From a virus (taxonomy: Duplodnaviria; Heunggongvirae; Uroviricota; Caudoviricetes), in the IMG/VR virus record IMGVR_UViG_3300042934_000212: a stretch of 64,000 nucleotides of DNA; one strand, 5' to 3'. Both the position numbers and the translations under genes were made by a program. Positions within the stretch are counted from its first letter, which is position 1. Each line of letters opens with the position of its first letter. Below the pieces are notes generated by a model. It ran no database searches, was not told where the DNA came from, and worked only from the letters and a program-made list of their open reading frames with translations. Shown piece by piece: positions 40,161 to 50,279 of this stretch.

Positions 40161-41501
40161 TTAGAAGCGACCATTCTTTCGTAGCATTACGCTGTAACGA
40201 GGTCGTGTTAAAGCTGTATATAGGATACGGCATTTGGTATCATTGTTTGGAATTCTCTCAATAAAATCAGTATCGAACCAGATGTTATTGAAAGTACTAC
40301 CCTGTGACTTGTGAGCGGTAGTTGCATATGGATAGTTAATTACGTTAATCTTATTCTTGATTACATAATAATCTTGCCACATGTACGGCTTCTTAGTTAG
40401 AGGATTCTCCGCTTTTTTCTCAATCTTGTCAACTAAATCTTCAAGATGTTCTTCCAACTTCAAGCGTGAATATGGCCCAACTCCTAGAATAAAATTACCA
40501 TTCGGTAGTTTAAATTGCCAGCAATCAATACCTAAGAATGATTCCTGTCTAATTTCTGGACACTGGATAATCTGTTGAACAGTATATGGACAGTTTTCAG
40601 TGATTGTTTCGAATACAATCGGTTCACCTGCGATGAATTCAACATCGGTGTGTTCATGGAAAACTTCGTTTCTGATATACATGTTCGCAAAGTTGACACG
40701 GTAATTCGTATAAGCAATGATTTTGTTCTCTTGTACGAAATCATAAAGCTTACGAGACGAAGTACTATGTTCAGTTACATACTCTTTGTATACATCAAGG
40801 AATAACATTTCGTCATCAATTGGTGTAATCGTATCCATTCCCTCAAGATTGTTTAGTATAGACATGGGTTCATTACCTGTTCCGATACATTCACGAATCT
40901 GAGTTGCAACGTTGATTATAGGATTATCCAATGCCTGACGTAGTACTTCAGTTAGTTCATAACGAAGTCCAATGTTAAACGTAGGGCTTAATTTTGTTAC
41001 GTTGCCAGTACCTTCAGCTTCAACTGGTGGTAACTGACATGAATCACCAATAAAAATAATTGCTCTGCGAACACGATGTATCTGGCTCATGATGTGATTG
41101 TACATTTCCTCGGAAATCATACTACATTCATCAACGAACAATACATCTACCATTGCAGTGCTGTTCTTGGATTGTGGGTCATGTTTAAGTACTTGTCGGT
41201 TCTTCTCATAGACTAACTTAAGTCCAAGGAAAGAGTGGATAGTACTTACTAGTGCATCTTCTTTGTCTAATCCAACATTGACTAACATTTCACGCAATAC
41301 AGCATTTGCTTTGTGTGTTGGTGAAGTTACTGCAATGTTATATCCCTGATAGATATTTTCGATAATCTTAGAAACTAATGTACTTTTACCAGTTCCTGCG
41401 TATCCAATGATAACTGCCTCTGACCGACCAGGAAAGTTATTAATTCGGTCGATAATATCATCGAAAATATATTGTTGCTTGTCCGTAAGCGTAATACTCA
41501 T
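40161..41501 (-). CDS. dda: Dda-like SF1B DNA helicase
   Basis: GYAGTGKS, SPTHKA, TIHSFL, VDECSM, GDSCQLPPV, TAHKSQGST, YTALTR. Confidence 0.88.
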   Translation of the reverse strand: MSITLTDKQQYIFDDIIDRINNFPGRSEAVIIGYAGTGKSTLVSKIIENIYQGYNIAVTSPTHKANAVLREMLVNVGLDKEDALVSTIHSFLGLKLVYEKNRQVLKHDPQSKNSTAMVDVLFVDECSMISEEMYNHIMSQIHRVRRAIIFIGDSCQLPPVEAEGTGNVTKLSPTFNIGLRYELTEVLRQALDNPIINVATQIRECIGTGNEPMSILNNLEGMDTITPIDDEMLFLDVYKEYVTEHSTSSRKLYDFVQENKIIAYTNYRVNFANMYIRNEVFHEHTDVEFIAGEPIVFETITENCPYTVQQIIQCPEIRQESFLGIDCWQFKLPNGNFILGVGPYSRLKLEEHLEDLVDKIEKKAENPLTKKPYMWQDYYVIKNKINVINYPYATTAHKSQGSTFNNIWFDTDFIERIPNNDTKCRILYTALTRPRYSVMLRKNGRF

Positions 41502-41935
41502 TTCATCTCCTGTGCGGCCTTCTGAGCTAGGTCATTAGCCATTTCATTATACATATTACCCACGTGTCCATACTCGTGTGTATATGTACATTCATTACCT
41601 ATCGAATCTAACAATTGCCAGAGTTCTAGGTTTTCAACTGGTTTATTCTTTGAAGTTCTCCAGTTTTTCTTTTTCCATCCATGACGCCATTCATTCATAC
41701 CATTAACAACATATTTCGCATCAGTAAAGACCTCAATATTTCCGTTGTAATTATATTCCTGTCGAATGAATGATATTGCGGCAATTACAGCAGTAAGTTC
41801 CATTTGATTGTTAGTGGTGTGTTTCTCACCAAATGAAAGCTGATTAATAACTTCACCATCTTTCAGAATTACAATCCCAACTCCACCTGGGCCGGGATTA
41901 CCTAAACAAGAACCATCCGTGTGAATTCTATACAT
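41498..41935 (-). CDS. rnhA: ribonuclease HI
   Basis: TDGSCLGNPGPGG, TTNNQMELTA, TDAKYV, NLELWQ, GH.GN.YNE.A..LA. Confidence 0.93.
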   Translation of the reverse strand: MYRIHTDGSCLGNPGPGGVGIVILKDGEVINQLSFGEKHTTNNQMELTAVIAAISFIRQEYNYNGNIEVFTDAKYVVNGMNEWRHGWKKKNWRTSKNKPVENLELWQLLDSIGNECTYTHEYGHVGNMYNEMANDLAQKAAQEMK

Positions 41936-42465
41936 TATAATGTACCATATCTTACCATTTCAAAGTCTAATAGACTTCTTTTAATAAAATACGTTACAAC
42001 AATACCATCTTCTAATTCCACACAATTAGTTGGATAGAAATAATAACCTTCAGGTGCGGCATTATGGATATTGAAGAACGTATCACAATCAAAGTCTTCA
42101 TTAATCTGACTAAGAACGATTTCATCTACGTAAGGCATCGCTGCTTCGTATATTTTTGCCCCACCAATAATAATTATGTCATTATTAAATTTAAGGAAAG
42201 AATCTAGCCAATCTTGATGAATAAAGACAACATCTCGGTTTTTATTAATTACATTTGGTGGTACGTCACGAGTGGTGACCACGATATTAACGCGGTCTGG
42301 AAGTGGGCGTTTGGGTAAACTCTCCCACGTTTTGTAACCCATCAGTACTTTCTTACCTTGGGTTTCTTCCTTGAAGTGCTTGAAATCAGCAGAACTATGC
42401 CAAGGAATTGAGCCATCTTTACCAATCCCATTACTGGAATCAGTACATAAAATCATTTTAATCAT
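41935..42465 (-). CDS. dihydrofolate reductase
   Basis: GIGKDGSIPWH..ADFKHFK, MGYKTWESL..RPLPDR, IIGGAKIY, CDTFF. Confidence 0.93.
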   Translation of the reverse strand: MIKMILCTDSSNGIGKDGSIPWHSSADFKHFKEETQGKKVLMGYKTWESLPKRPLPDRVNIVVTTRDVPPNVINKNRDVVFIHQDWLDSFLKFNNDIIIIGGAKIYEAAMPYVDEIVLSQINEDFDCDTFFNIHNAAPEGYYFYPTNCVELEDGIVVTYFIKRSLLDFEMVRYGTL

Positions 42466-42839
42466 TTTGTTAATTCCGCTTTAACTTTACTGTGTCCTTG
42501 TGATAGTAACATGATCCGGTACATACCGACTGCAAGTACAGCAATCGCTAGTGGTATGCTGTTCATGAAATACCATACGATTAGTAGATGGCATAACGTT
42601 GAGCCAATGTAATTAACTAAGCGATTTTTGTATTCTTCACCAAAAAGAGTTTCAATTCCTTCTTTATAGAATGGTTGTACTAAAGGATAAAGCCGTACTG
42701 CTTTGTCTATACGGAACGCAATAAACACGGCACCAATACACATAAGTGAGTACCAGATGTGCAATGACTTCATATCACCTGTATAAAATAAGTACGATGT
42801 GAAAAATATGTTCAGTATATTATAAATAGTCGTAATCAT
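42462..42839 (-). CDS. membrane protein
   Basis: Several hydrophobic segments. Confidence 0.6.
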   Translation of the reverse strand: MITTIYNILNIFFTSYLFYTGDMKSLHIWYSLMCIGAVFIAFRIDKAVRLYPLVQPFYKEGIETLFGEEYKNRLVNYIGSTLCHLLIVWYFMNSIPLAIAVLAVGMYRIMLLSQGHSKVKAELTK

Positions 42840-42867
42840 AAGACGCTTTTCTCGTTCATTTGTAAAT

Positions 42868-42896
42868 ATTATACCATATTCACGTTTTTCGTTTCA
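42868..42896 (-). promoter_or_regulatory. phage-specific promoter TGAAAC-N17-TATAAT
   Basis: Repeated motif upstream of DHFR/RNase H/Dda. Confidence 0.75.
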
Positions 42897-42971
42897 GTTT
42901 TTTACACATTTTATATACAGTTAGGTAAATATGTATATAATTATTAAATAATGGAGAGGATCAACAGGATT

Positions 42972-43685
42972 ATGTTCAATATTAACGCTGACGTGATTAA
43001 AAAAATCCTTGAAGTATTCTCTAGAATGTCTGCACTAAGAATGATAGCTTTTTCTTTATGCATTATGATGCTAGGTATGGTCTATGTAACTTCTGATACA
43101 TGGTCTGCTTATATCGGTTCTAGGTTTAATTCATTGCAACAAAATGAAATGTTCAAACCTGCTACTTATCAGATTAAACCCCAAAACCTTGCAAGCATCA
43201 ACGCAACCATTGGTCAGTTTATTCAGCAAAACAATGATATGGCAATGATACTAGTTTATAAACTAGTTCCAGAGGCGGATGCATTCTATCAAGGGCGTGT
43301 GTTGGTAACAGGCATAACAAGTAAAAGTACTAATCTTAATTTGGAAAAGTACAACTTGAAGTGGCTGCCGATTAGTGCATTTCGTGCACAATCAAATATG
43401 ATATTAAAAGGTAAGACATTCATCGGTGACATAGGAGTTATTAGCCGCGAGTATCTACAACCGGATAATGAGTTAAGGGATGAATACCTTACGCCTGCAA
43501 ATCTGTTGGCAATTTACAATGATGGAGCCAAATATATAATTTCAATTCCTGTTAAAACCAGTAGGATTGATGGATATGTAAGCGTCTACTTCAAAGAAGT
43601 TCCCCAAACAGATGAAGAAGCAAAGCAATATCTTACACTTGCACAAGCAGTAGCTGGTGAGACAGGTTACTACATCTCATATTAA
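42972..43685 (+). CDS. T4 holin T-like membrane protein (single TM plus GAF-like periplasmic domain)
   Basis: Amphipathic N-terminus, TM, then ILVYKLVP...YIISIPV...GYVSVYF, parallel to T holin; the ORF could start at 42951. Confidence 0.5.
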   Translation: MFNINADVIKKILEVFSRMSALRMIAFSLCIMMLGMVYVTSDTWSAYIGSRFNSLQQNEMFKPATYQIKPQNLASINATIGQFIQQNNDMAMILVYKLVPEADAFYQGRVLVTGITSKSTNLNLEKYNLKWLPISAFRAQSNMILKGKTFIGDIGVISREYLQPDNELRDEYLTPANLLAIYNDGAKYIISIPVKTSRIDGYVSVYFKEVPQTDEEAKQYLTLAQAVAGETGYYISY

Positions 43686-43696
43686 GGAGAATAAAC

Positions 43697-44353
43697 ATGT
43701 TTAATCGTAAACAACAACTGTCTATCGTTGGAAAGTTGCTCACTATGGTTGCGTGTTTCGTACTCGGTGTCTTTGTTCTGTTCAATATGGATTACATTCA
43801 TAAGAAAACAGAATCCGAAATGTCACCTATTATAATGAAGAGTTTAGCTACAGTAAATGTACAAAACAAATCAATTATAAATATGGAGTTCAGGAAAATG
43901 ATGATAAAATTTCCTGATATATCTTCGGTAGTCTTATACAAATTTGTATCAGACAAAGGAACCAAAATGTACAATGGTCAGATTTCAGTTACTTCTGAAA
44001 CCAGAGACGGACGTATGTTACCAAGTGATGACAATGTTACCCCTATGGTAGACGGCACAAATAATATTCAAGAAATACTTTTGAATAATGTACATTACGA
44101 AAACATTGCAACTATTCAACTACTTTGTGAAACACGTTATGATGTAACTCAACCATATTCATGTGAGAGATACAAAAGAAACGGAGCAATTTATAAGAGC
44201 ATCATATCTATTCCAATTGTTCAGGATGTAGACATAGGAGTAATTGGCTATGTCATGATCACGTTAGGCAATGAATACGATAACCTAGAAGTTCAAAACC
44301 TAGTCAACAGTCTAAGACCTAATATTTCAAGTATTCAGGTACTGTCAAAATAA
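43697..44353 (+). CDS. second T-holin-like / GAF-like membrane protein (paralog)
   Basis: TM, then VVLYKFV...SIISIPIV...IGYVMITL; AGGAG SD. Confidence 0.45.
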   Translation: MFNRKQQLSIVGKLLTMVACFVLGVFVLFNMDYIHKKTESEMSPIIMKSLATVNVQNKSIINMEFRKMMIKFPDISSVVLYKFVSDKGTKMYNGQISVTSETRDGRMLPSDDNVTPMVDGTNNIQEILLNNVHYENIATIQLLCETRYDVTQPYSCERYKRNGAIYKSIISIPIVQDVDIGVIGYVMITLGNEYDNLEVQNLVNSLRPNISSIQVLSK

Positions 44354-44383
44354 AAGTGGGAGCATTGTGCTCCCACTTTTTTT
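44352..44383. terminator. bidirectional intrinsic terminator between convergent genes
   Basis: AAAAGTGGGAGCA-TTG-TGCTCCCACTTTTTT. Confidence 0.85.
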
Positions 44384-45086
44384 ATGCAATAAATTTGCTT
44401 AGGTCGGGTTCGAAGAATCCAGTACCTTTAAGTACTTTGCCATCAACTGCACGATTGATTACATAGAATGTTTTACCATCATGTGTAACTTCACCAACAG
44501 TAGCACCAACATAATCTTCTTTGCCTTGTGAAACACGCACATCAATATCAGCTAATGCAGATTCCTTTGAAGTGCAGAACTTACTCATATTTGATTGGTG
44601 TACTTCGTTAAAAGCACCTACTAAATCAAAGTTATGTGCATGTGCAATACCAATTACGGAAAGTACAATGTTGTTTAGGCCAATCTGAACAGTGCGGCTG
44701 TCGCCCTGTAAAAGACCACGTTCGGTCTGGTTGTAACCATCTTGAACATGACGCTGTTTAGCGTATGCAGTGGAAATGGTTAATGCTTCTGATTTTACGT
44801 TTGGAATTTGATTATAAATTTCTTGTTCGATTGCATCAAGACCAAAGGTAGCATAAGCACCATAAGCAACATAAAGTACATCACAGATACCATCTAGGAT
44901 ACCTTCTAGATTGTCACTTTCTGCTGAATCGAATAGTTCATTCTTACCATTCATTTCTTCATCAATTAGACGTAGACGAAACTTACCAACTTTAGTTGTA
45001 GGATTTGTCCAAGCGGTATTAACTGCTTGACCTGCAACTGACATAAACTCTACTACTGAATCAAATTGTGTTTTTGTGGTAGTCAT
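44382..45086 (-). CDS. MazG-like (PRA-PH type) nucleotide pyrophosphohydrolase
   Basis: LIDEE..EL, DGICDVLYVAYG, EVHQSNMSK, GKVLKG..FFEPDL. Confidence 0.8.
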   Translation of the reverse strand: MTTTKTQFDSVVEFMSVAGQAVNTAWTNPTTKVGKFRLRLIDEEMNGKNELFDSAESDNLEGILDGICDVLYVAYGAYATFGLDAIEQEIYNQIPNVKSEALTISTAYAKQRHVQDGYNQTERGLLQGDSRTVQIGLNNIVLSVIGIAHAHNFDLVGAFNEVHQSNMSKFCTSKESALADIDVRVSQGKEDYVGATVGEVTHDGKTFYVINRAVDGKVLKGTGFFEPDLSKFIA

Positions 45087-45463
45087 TACCATTCTCCATA
45101 ATATGCATCGCCGTACTGAACAGCAATGGTTCCAATTTCTGCAAACTTAGGTTCTATATCCGATAGAACAAATAGTAAATCTTCGCAGTACTTTTTAATT
45201 TTATCTTCATTAACTTCACTCGATTTCAATTGAGCGAGAATTATTGTTCCATCACCATTTGAACCAACAAACATACCGCTATCAAATTCGTACATAGCGT
45301 CTAGTAGTTGGTCTTCATAAGGAGTGTCGAAAGTGTCTGCGGTTAAATTAATAGAAACTAATGTTTCTGCATACTCTCCGATATGCAACTTCTTTTTAGT
45401 TCGGTTAGAACGAGATGTAGATTTCGGAAAGTTTACTTTCACTTCTTCAAAAATGTACTGCAT
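45086..45463 (-). CDS. YggL/DUF469-like protein
   Basis: SRSNRTKKKLHIGEYAE resembles YggL RSRRLRKKMHIDEFQE; C-terminal DAYYGEW. Confidence 0.6.
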   Translation of the reverse strand: MQYIFEEVKVNFPKSTSRSNRTKKKLHIGEYAETLVSINLTADTFDTPYEDQLLDAMYEFDSGMFVGSNGDGTIILAQLKSSEVNEDKIKKYCEDLLFVLSDIEPKFAEIGTIAVQYGDAYYGEW

Positions 45464-45469
45464 TAATTA

Positions 45470-45703
45470 TCACTTACGGTTAGTACGACGTGCTTTACGA
45501 GCAACTTTGTTTGCTGCACGACGCTTGGATTTAATCTTTTGTTTTTCTGCTTTGTCAGCATCTTTCTTCATGTAATAACCAGAAAGACGTGCAATCATTT
45601 TGCGAGTATATTCTAGATCAGCTTCAGTCATTTCGTATCCTGGAACTTCTTCTGCTGCTGCTTCTAGATTCTTGTCTACCATCTGATTTAGTTTCTCGTT
45701 CAT
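45470..45703 (-). CDS. hypothetical protein with a basic tail
   Basis: KRRAANKVARKARRTNRK C-terminus. Confidence 0.65.
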   Translation of the reverse strand: MNEKLNQMVDKNLEAAAEEVPGYEMTEADLEYTRKMIARLSGYYMKKDADKAEKQKIKSKRRAANKVARKARRTNRK

Positions 45704-45733
45704 GTTGTTTTCCTTTTCTGTTTCAACTCACAC

Positions 45734-45762
45734 ATTATACCACAAATTTTTCATCTGTTTCA
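45734..45762 (-). promoter_or_regulatory. phage-specific promoter TGAAAC-N17-TATAAT
   Basis: Repeated motif overlapping the 3' end of the upstream gene. Confidence 0.7.
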
Positions 45763-45956
45763 TTTTCTTCATGTCGCTGTACAGGACTGAAGTATACAAT
45801 TTTATCAGTTGGGATATGCATTAGATTGTTTAGTACTATACCGTTGTCATAAGTTTCAATTACAATACCAGAGATAAGTTCTCCAGTTACAAGACGAATT
45901 TGATATGTATAGTTAGGGTCAAATGTAAAAACATCTGAATAATTTTGCTGAGACAT
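45735..45956 (-). CDS. small Sm/Hfq-like fold protein
   Basis: IRLVTGELISGIVIETYDNGIVLNN..IPTDKIVYFSP parallels the Sm1/Sm2 pattern. Confidence 0.45.
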   Translation of the reverse strand: MSQQNYSDVFTFDPNYTYQIRLVTGELISGIVIETYDNGIVLNNLMHIPTDKIVYFSPVQRHEENETDEKFVV

Positions 45957-46000
45957 ATATATCTTCCATGAAAAAAGGAGGCTATGCCTCCTTTAAGTTA

Positions 46001-47122
46001 TTATAGTTCGAAGTTACCAAATGATTCTTCGGAAATATCGTTCTCTACTCCACCTAGAATATAAGAACTGATTTCAGTTTCCTGTGGTGCTACCTGTACA
46101 TCGGCACCAGCAATCCAGCTTTGTGTCCAAGGTAAAGGATTGTTTTGACTAACACTGTACGGACATTTAACGCCAGCAGCGATCATACGCTTAGAACCAA
46201 TCCAGCGAACGTACTGCTTAAGAATAGCAGCGTTTAGACCAATGATTGAACCGTCTTTGAATAGGAAATCCGCCCATTCTTCTTCCTGTACAATAGCGTC
46301 CATGAACATTTGCTGTACTTCATCTGCACATTCTTCAGATAGACGTGCGAAGTCTGGATCTTCTTTCTTCAATAGGCGTAACATCATTTGAGTTGCCCCC
46401 AAGTGAATGTTTTCATCACGACAAATGAAACGAATGATCTTAGCATTACCTTCCATCTTTTCGTTCTCTGCAAAACTCCACGAACATGCAAAGCTTACAT
46501 AGAAACGAATACCTTCAAGAATGTTAATACTGTTAATACATAGCCATAGTTTCTTTTTCAATTCATAAAGATCAACTACAACTTCTTCACCATTAACAGT
46601 ATGAGTACCTTCACCTAGCAAACGATACTGAAGAATAGCATTATCTAGATCATCATAGTACTTTGCAATGTCTTCAGCACATGATGTAATTTCAGGAATA
46701 TCCAACATTGTGTCAAATACTTCTGATGGATTTGGGTATACGTTACGAATAATGTGTGTATAAGAACGGCTGTGAATACTTTCAAAGAAAGCCCAAGTTT
46801 CGATGAATGATTCAATCTCTGGTAGAGATGCAATTGGTAGTAGTGCTAGGTTAGGACCACGACCCTGTACTGAATCAAGTAGAATCTGACGCTTTAGGTT
46901 TGAAGTAAAGATATGACGCTCATGATCCTGTAGAGATTTAAAATCAATACGGTCTTTTGAAAGATCTACTTCCTGTGGACGCCAGAAGAAACTTTGATGG
47001 CTTTCAGTCATTTTTTCGAATGGTGAATATTTAACGGTGTCATAACGCTGAATATCAACTGACTCATCCAAAAACATTTTCTTGACTAGGTGGGAAGTTT
47101 CGTTCTTTTTAAATACTGACAT
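46001..47122 (-). CDS. nrdB: ribonucleotide reductase class Ia beta subunit
   Basis: FFWRPQEVDL, QILLDSVQGR, ESIHSRSY, EGIRFYVSFA, RDENIH, VAPQETEISSY. Confidence 0.97.
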   Translation of the reverse strand: MSVFKKNETSHLVKKMFLDESVDIQRYDTVKYSPFEKMTESHQSFFWRPQEVDLSKDRIDFKSLQDHERHIFTSNLKRQILLDSVQGRGPNLALLPIASLPEIESFIETWAFFESIHSRSYTHIIRNVYPNPSEVFDTMLDIPEITSCAEDIAKYYDDLDNAILQYRLLGEGTHTVNGEEVVVDLYELKKKLWLCINSINILEGIRFYVSFACSWSFAENEKMEGNAKIIRFICRDENIHLGATQMMLRLLKKEDPDFARLSEECADEVQQMFMDAIVQEEEWADFLFKDGSIIGLNAAILKQYVRWIGSKRMIAAGVKCPYSVSQNNPLPWTQSWIAGADVQVAPQETEISSYILGGVENDISEESFGNFEL

Positions 47123-47132
47123 TGTTTATCCT

Positions 47133-47906
47133 TTATGTGTTAATCTTTTTGCCTAACTTATATGACAACCAGTGAATATCACGTAGGCCATCTTTAGAAG
47201 TAGCATGTAGTTCTAGTAACTCGTTCCATGTTAGAACTGTAGTATCTAATGGTGTATGTGCATGATAACGATCCATACCGTCTGAGCATGGGTCGAATGC
47301 TAAAATCTGTGCACCAGTTATAGTTTTTGCTGGTGGTTCTAATCCTAGTAGTGAACGAACATCATCAGAGATAATCTGAAATACTGCTAGTGCTGCTACA
47401 CTTAATTGATCCCATTTTTCTTTAATAAAATCTACAGTTAATTTTTGATAACGAGAGATATAGTTACTATCTAAGTACTCCCATTTTTCTTTGATAAAGT
47501 CTACCGTCATTGTCTGGTATCGCGAAATCTGTTCGCCAACTTTATCTGAGAATGCAACCAACTGATCCCACTTCTCTTTAAGGAAGTCTTCAGTTAGTGT
47601 TTGGTACTTAGTAATAGTTTCTATTGCTGTGGATTGAAAATCACTCCACTTTTCTTTAATCCATTCAATGGGAAGTACTACGTACTGTGCAATAATATTC
47701 TTATTGAACCAAGCCCATTTTTCTTTAATGAAATCCATTGTCATGTTTTGGTATCTAACTAATGCGTTAGCATCTAAACGATGAAAATGTTTTTCAATAA
47801 AGTCTTGAGGAAGTTTCTGGTATTGAACGACTTGATTCATATCCAAATCATCCCAAAATTCCTCAATAAATTCCAAATCCATTGGTTGTGTATAATCTAC
47901 TTTCAT
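47133..47906 (-). CDS. tryptophan-repeat protein (~23-aa ISRYQxLTxDFIKEKW repeats)
   Basis: About seven tandem repeats visible in the translation. Confidence 0.75.
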   Translation of the reverse strand: MKVDYTQPMDLEFIEEFWDDLDMNQVVQYQKLPQDFIEKHFHRLDANALVRYQNMTMDFIKEKWAWFNKNIIAQYVVLPIEWIKEKWSDFQSTAIETITKYQTLTEDFLKEKWDQLVAFSDKVGEQISRYQTMTVDFIKEKWEYLDSNYISRYQKLTVDFIKEKWDQLSVAALAVFQIISDDVRSLLGLEPPAKTITGAQILAFDPCSDGMDRYHAHTPLDTTVLTWNELLELHATSKDGLRDIHWLSYKLGKKINT

Positions 47907-47951
47907 TTATTGTACCGATAAAAAATCCCGTCATAGACGGGATTGTTATTG

Positions 47952-50279
47952 TTAGATTTTACAGCTATCGCAGTCATCTTCTGCTTCCATTGGTGGAAGA
48001 AGTACTACGATTCCTTTATCTTTCTTTTCACCTTCTAATTTATCCAAGTCAACTTCACCTGAACCATCATTGGTGTTCATGTAGTACAAATTCTTCAAAC
48101 CGTACTTATAAGCTGTTAGTAGGTCTTCTAGTAACATTGACATAGACAACTTCTTGTTAGGATAGTTTTCTGGATTGTAACTAGTGTTTGCACTAATACT
48201 TTGGTCAATGTACTTCTGTAGTACGCCACAGATTTTGATATAACCATCATTACTTGTCTGGTCCCATAGTAAGGTGTACTTATTTTTAAGTTTACCGATT
48301 TCTGGAACTACTTGCTTCAAAATACCATCTTTCGATGCTTTAACTGAAACTAAGTTACGTGGTGGTTCAATACCATTAGTACTGTTACTAATTTGTGCTG
48401 AGGTTTCTGCTGGCATTAATGCCATAGTTGTTGCATTGCGAATACCGTGTTCTGCAATATCTGCACGTAACGTATCCCAATCCATTTTTAATTCTGTTCC
48501 CACAAGTGAATCAATACTTCTCTTGTAAGTGTCGATTGGTAGAATACCTTTCGCATATTTTAGATTCTCAAATCCTTCACAGCGACCTTGCTCTTTAGCA
48601 AGTTGTACTGAAGATTTTAGAAGATAATATGACCATGCTTCTGACCACTCATTAATAGTTGCTAGTGCTCCGTCATCGTAACGTAGACCACGTTTAGCTA
48701 AGAAATAAGCTAAGTTGATGATACCTACACCTAACGGGCGATAAGCTTTTGTAGCACGTTCTGCGTGGATTACAGGGTATTCCTGATAATCTAGTAATGC
48801 ATCTAGTGCACGTACAGAAAGGTCACAAGCTTCTTCCATTTGTTCTGGAGTGTCGAAATTTCCCCAATTGATTGCTGCTAATGTACAAAGACTAATTAGG
48901 CCATTTTCATCATCTTTAACATCTTCAAAAGGAACAGATGGTAATGCGATTTCCTGACATAGATTACTTTGTTCAATTGGTGCAACGCTTGGATCAAATG
49001 GTGAGTGGTCATTTGTCAAATCAATGTTCTGAACATAGATACGACCCGTCTCAGAACGCTCTGTCATCAATTGTGAGAAGGTTTCTACTGCACTTAAGGT
49101 CTTACGACGAATAGTAGTGTCTGCTTCGTACTTAACGTATAGACGCTCAAATTCATCTTGATCTGCACAGAATGCTTCATACAATCCAGGAACATCGCTT
49201 GGTGAGAAGAATGAGATATTCTGACGATCAATAAGACGTTTGTATAAAGTCTTGTTGATTTGGAAGCAATAATCCAACTGACGCACACGTGAGTTTTCAG
49301 TACCTTTATTGTTCTTTAGAACAATTAGATCTTCGAATTCATAATGCCACAATGGGAAGTGAACTGTTGCTGCTCCACCACGTACTCCACCCTGTGAACA
49401 GGATTTAACAGTTTTAGCAACTGCTGATAGGAATGGAATCAAACCAGTATGTACTGCATCACCACCGCGAATCTCCGAACCAACTGCACGGACACGCCCG
49501 TAGTTAACACCTAGACCAGCTTTCTTAGAAATGTACTTCATAATAGCAGAATTACCTGCTGCGATACTATCTAAACTATCACCAACGTTTAGAACTACAC
49601 AGGAACTGAATTGACGTGTATTAGTACGTAGACCAGCCATAATAGGAGTTGGGAGACTAATATCAAAGTTACTTATTGCATCGTAGAATTTCTTAACCCA
49701 TTGAATGCGATTGTGTGTATAATTAATAAACACAATTGCAGCAATCATCATGTATGCCATTTGTGGGGTTTCAAAGATCTTACCTTCAATACCTTTCTTT
49801 GGATTCGCACGGTTTTGAACAAGGTACTTACCTTCCCACTGTTTCATCGCTACGAATGTAAATTTATCATCACGCTTATGCTTGATATAACGACTAAGTT
49901 CTTCTAATTCTTGTGTAGAATATTTTTCAAAGATTTCTTTATCGTATTTTCCAAGTTCTACTAATTTAGTTACGTGATCAACGAATTTGATTGGTTCATA
50001 TGTTCCATAAACTTGCTTACGTAGTGAATAGTTAATTAATCTACCAGCAACGTATTGGTAATTAGGAGTTTCTTCAGAAATAAGTTCTGAAGCTGCTTTA
50101 ATTAGAATGTCATGAATGGTTTGAGTATTCATACCTTCGAAGAATTGAAGTTGTGAACGCATTTCAATTTCAGAAACTGAAACTCCGGTTAACCCTTCAC
50201 ATGCAAAAAATAAAATCTGGTGAATTTTATCTAAATCAAGTGCTTCCTTTGCACCATTACGTTTAGTAACGTTTATCAT
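47952..50279 (-). CDS. nrdA: ribonucleotide reductase class Ia alpha subunit
   Basis: ATP-cone VTKRNG, PTPIMAG, FSSCV, SNLCQEI, PAETSAQ, C-terminal CDSC. Confidence 0.97.
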   Translation of the reverse strand: MINVTKRNGAKEALDLDKIHQILFFACEGLTGVSVSEIEMRSQLQFFEGMNTQTIHDILIKAASELISEETPNYQYVAGRLINYSLRKQVYGTYEPIKFVDHVTKLVELGKYDKEIFEKYSTQELEELSRYIKHKRDDKFTFVAMKQWEGKYLVQNRANPKKGIEGKIFETPQMAYMMIAAIVFINYTHNRIQWVKKFYDAISNFDISLPTPIMAGLRTNTRQFSSCVVLNVGDSLDSIAAGNSAIMKYISKKAGLGVNYGRVRAVGSEIRGGDAVHTGLIPFLSAVAKTVKSCSQGGVRGGAATVHFPLWHYEFEDLIVLKNNKGTENSRVRQLDYCFQINKTLYKRLIDRQNISFFSPSDVPGLYEAFCADQDEFERLYVKYEADTTIRRKTLSAVETFSQLMTERSETGRIYVQNIDLTNDHSPFDPSVAPIEQSNLCQEIALPSVPFEDVKDDENGLISLCTLAAINWGNFDTPEQMEEACDLSVRALDALLDYQEYPVIHAERATKAYRPLGVGIINLAYFLAKRGLRYDDGALATINEWSEAWSYYLLKSSVQLAKEQGRCEGFENLKYAKGILPIDTYKRSIDSLVGTELKMDWDTLRADIAEHGIRNATTMALMPAETSAQISNSTNGIEPPRNLVSVKASKDGILKQVVPEIGKLKNKYTLLWDQTSNDGYIKICGVLQKYIDQSISANTSYNPENYPNKKLSMSMLLEDLLTAYKYGLKNLYYMNTNDGSGEVDLDKLEGEKKDKGIVVLLPPMEAEDDCDSCKI

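Noticed and set aside
38166-42465. Bacterial chromosome origin suggested by infC, clpS, rnhA and DHFR
   Set aside because: The genes are divergent, lack bacterial synteny (no thrS/rpmI/clpA) and sit among T4-like replication and virion genes
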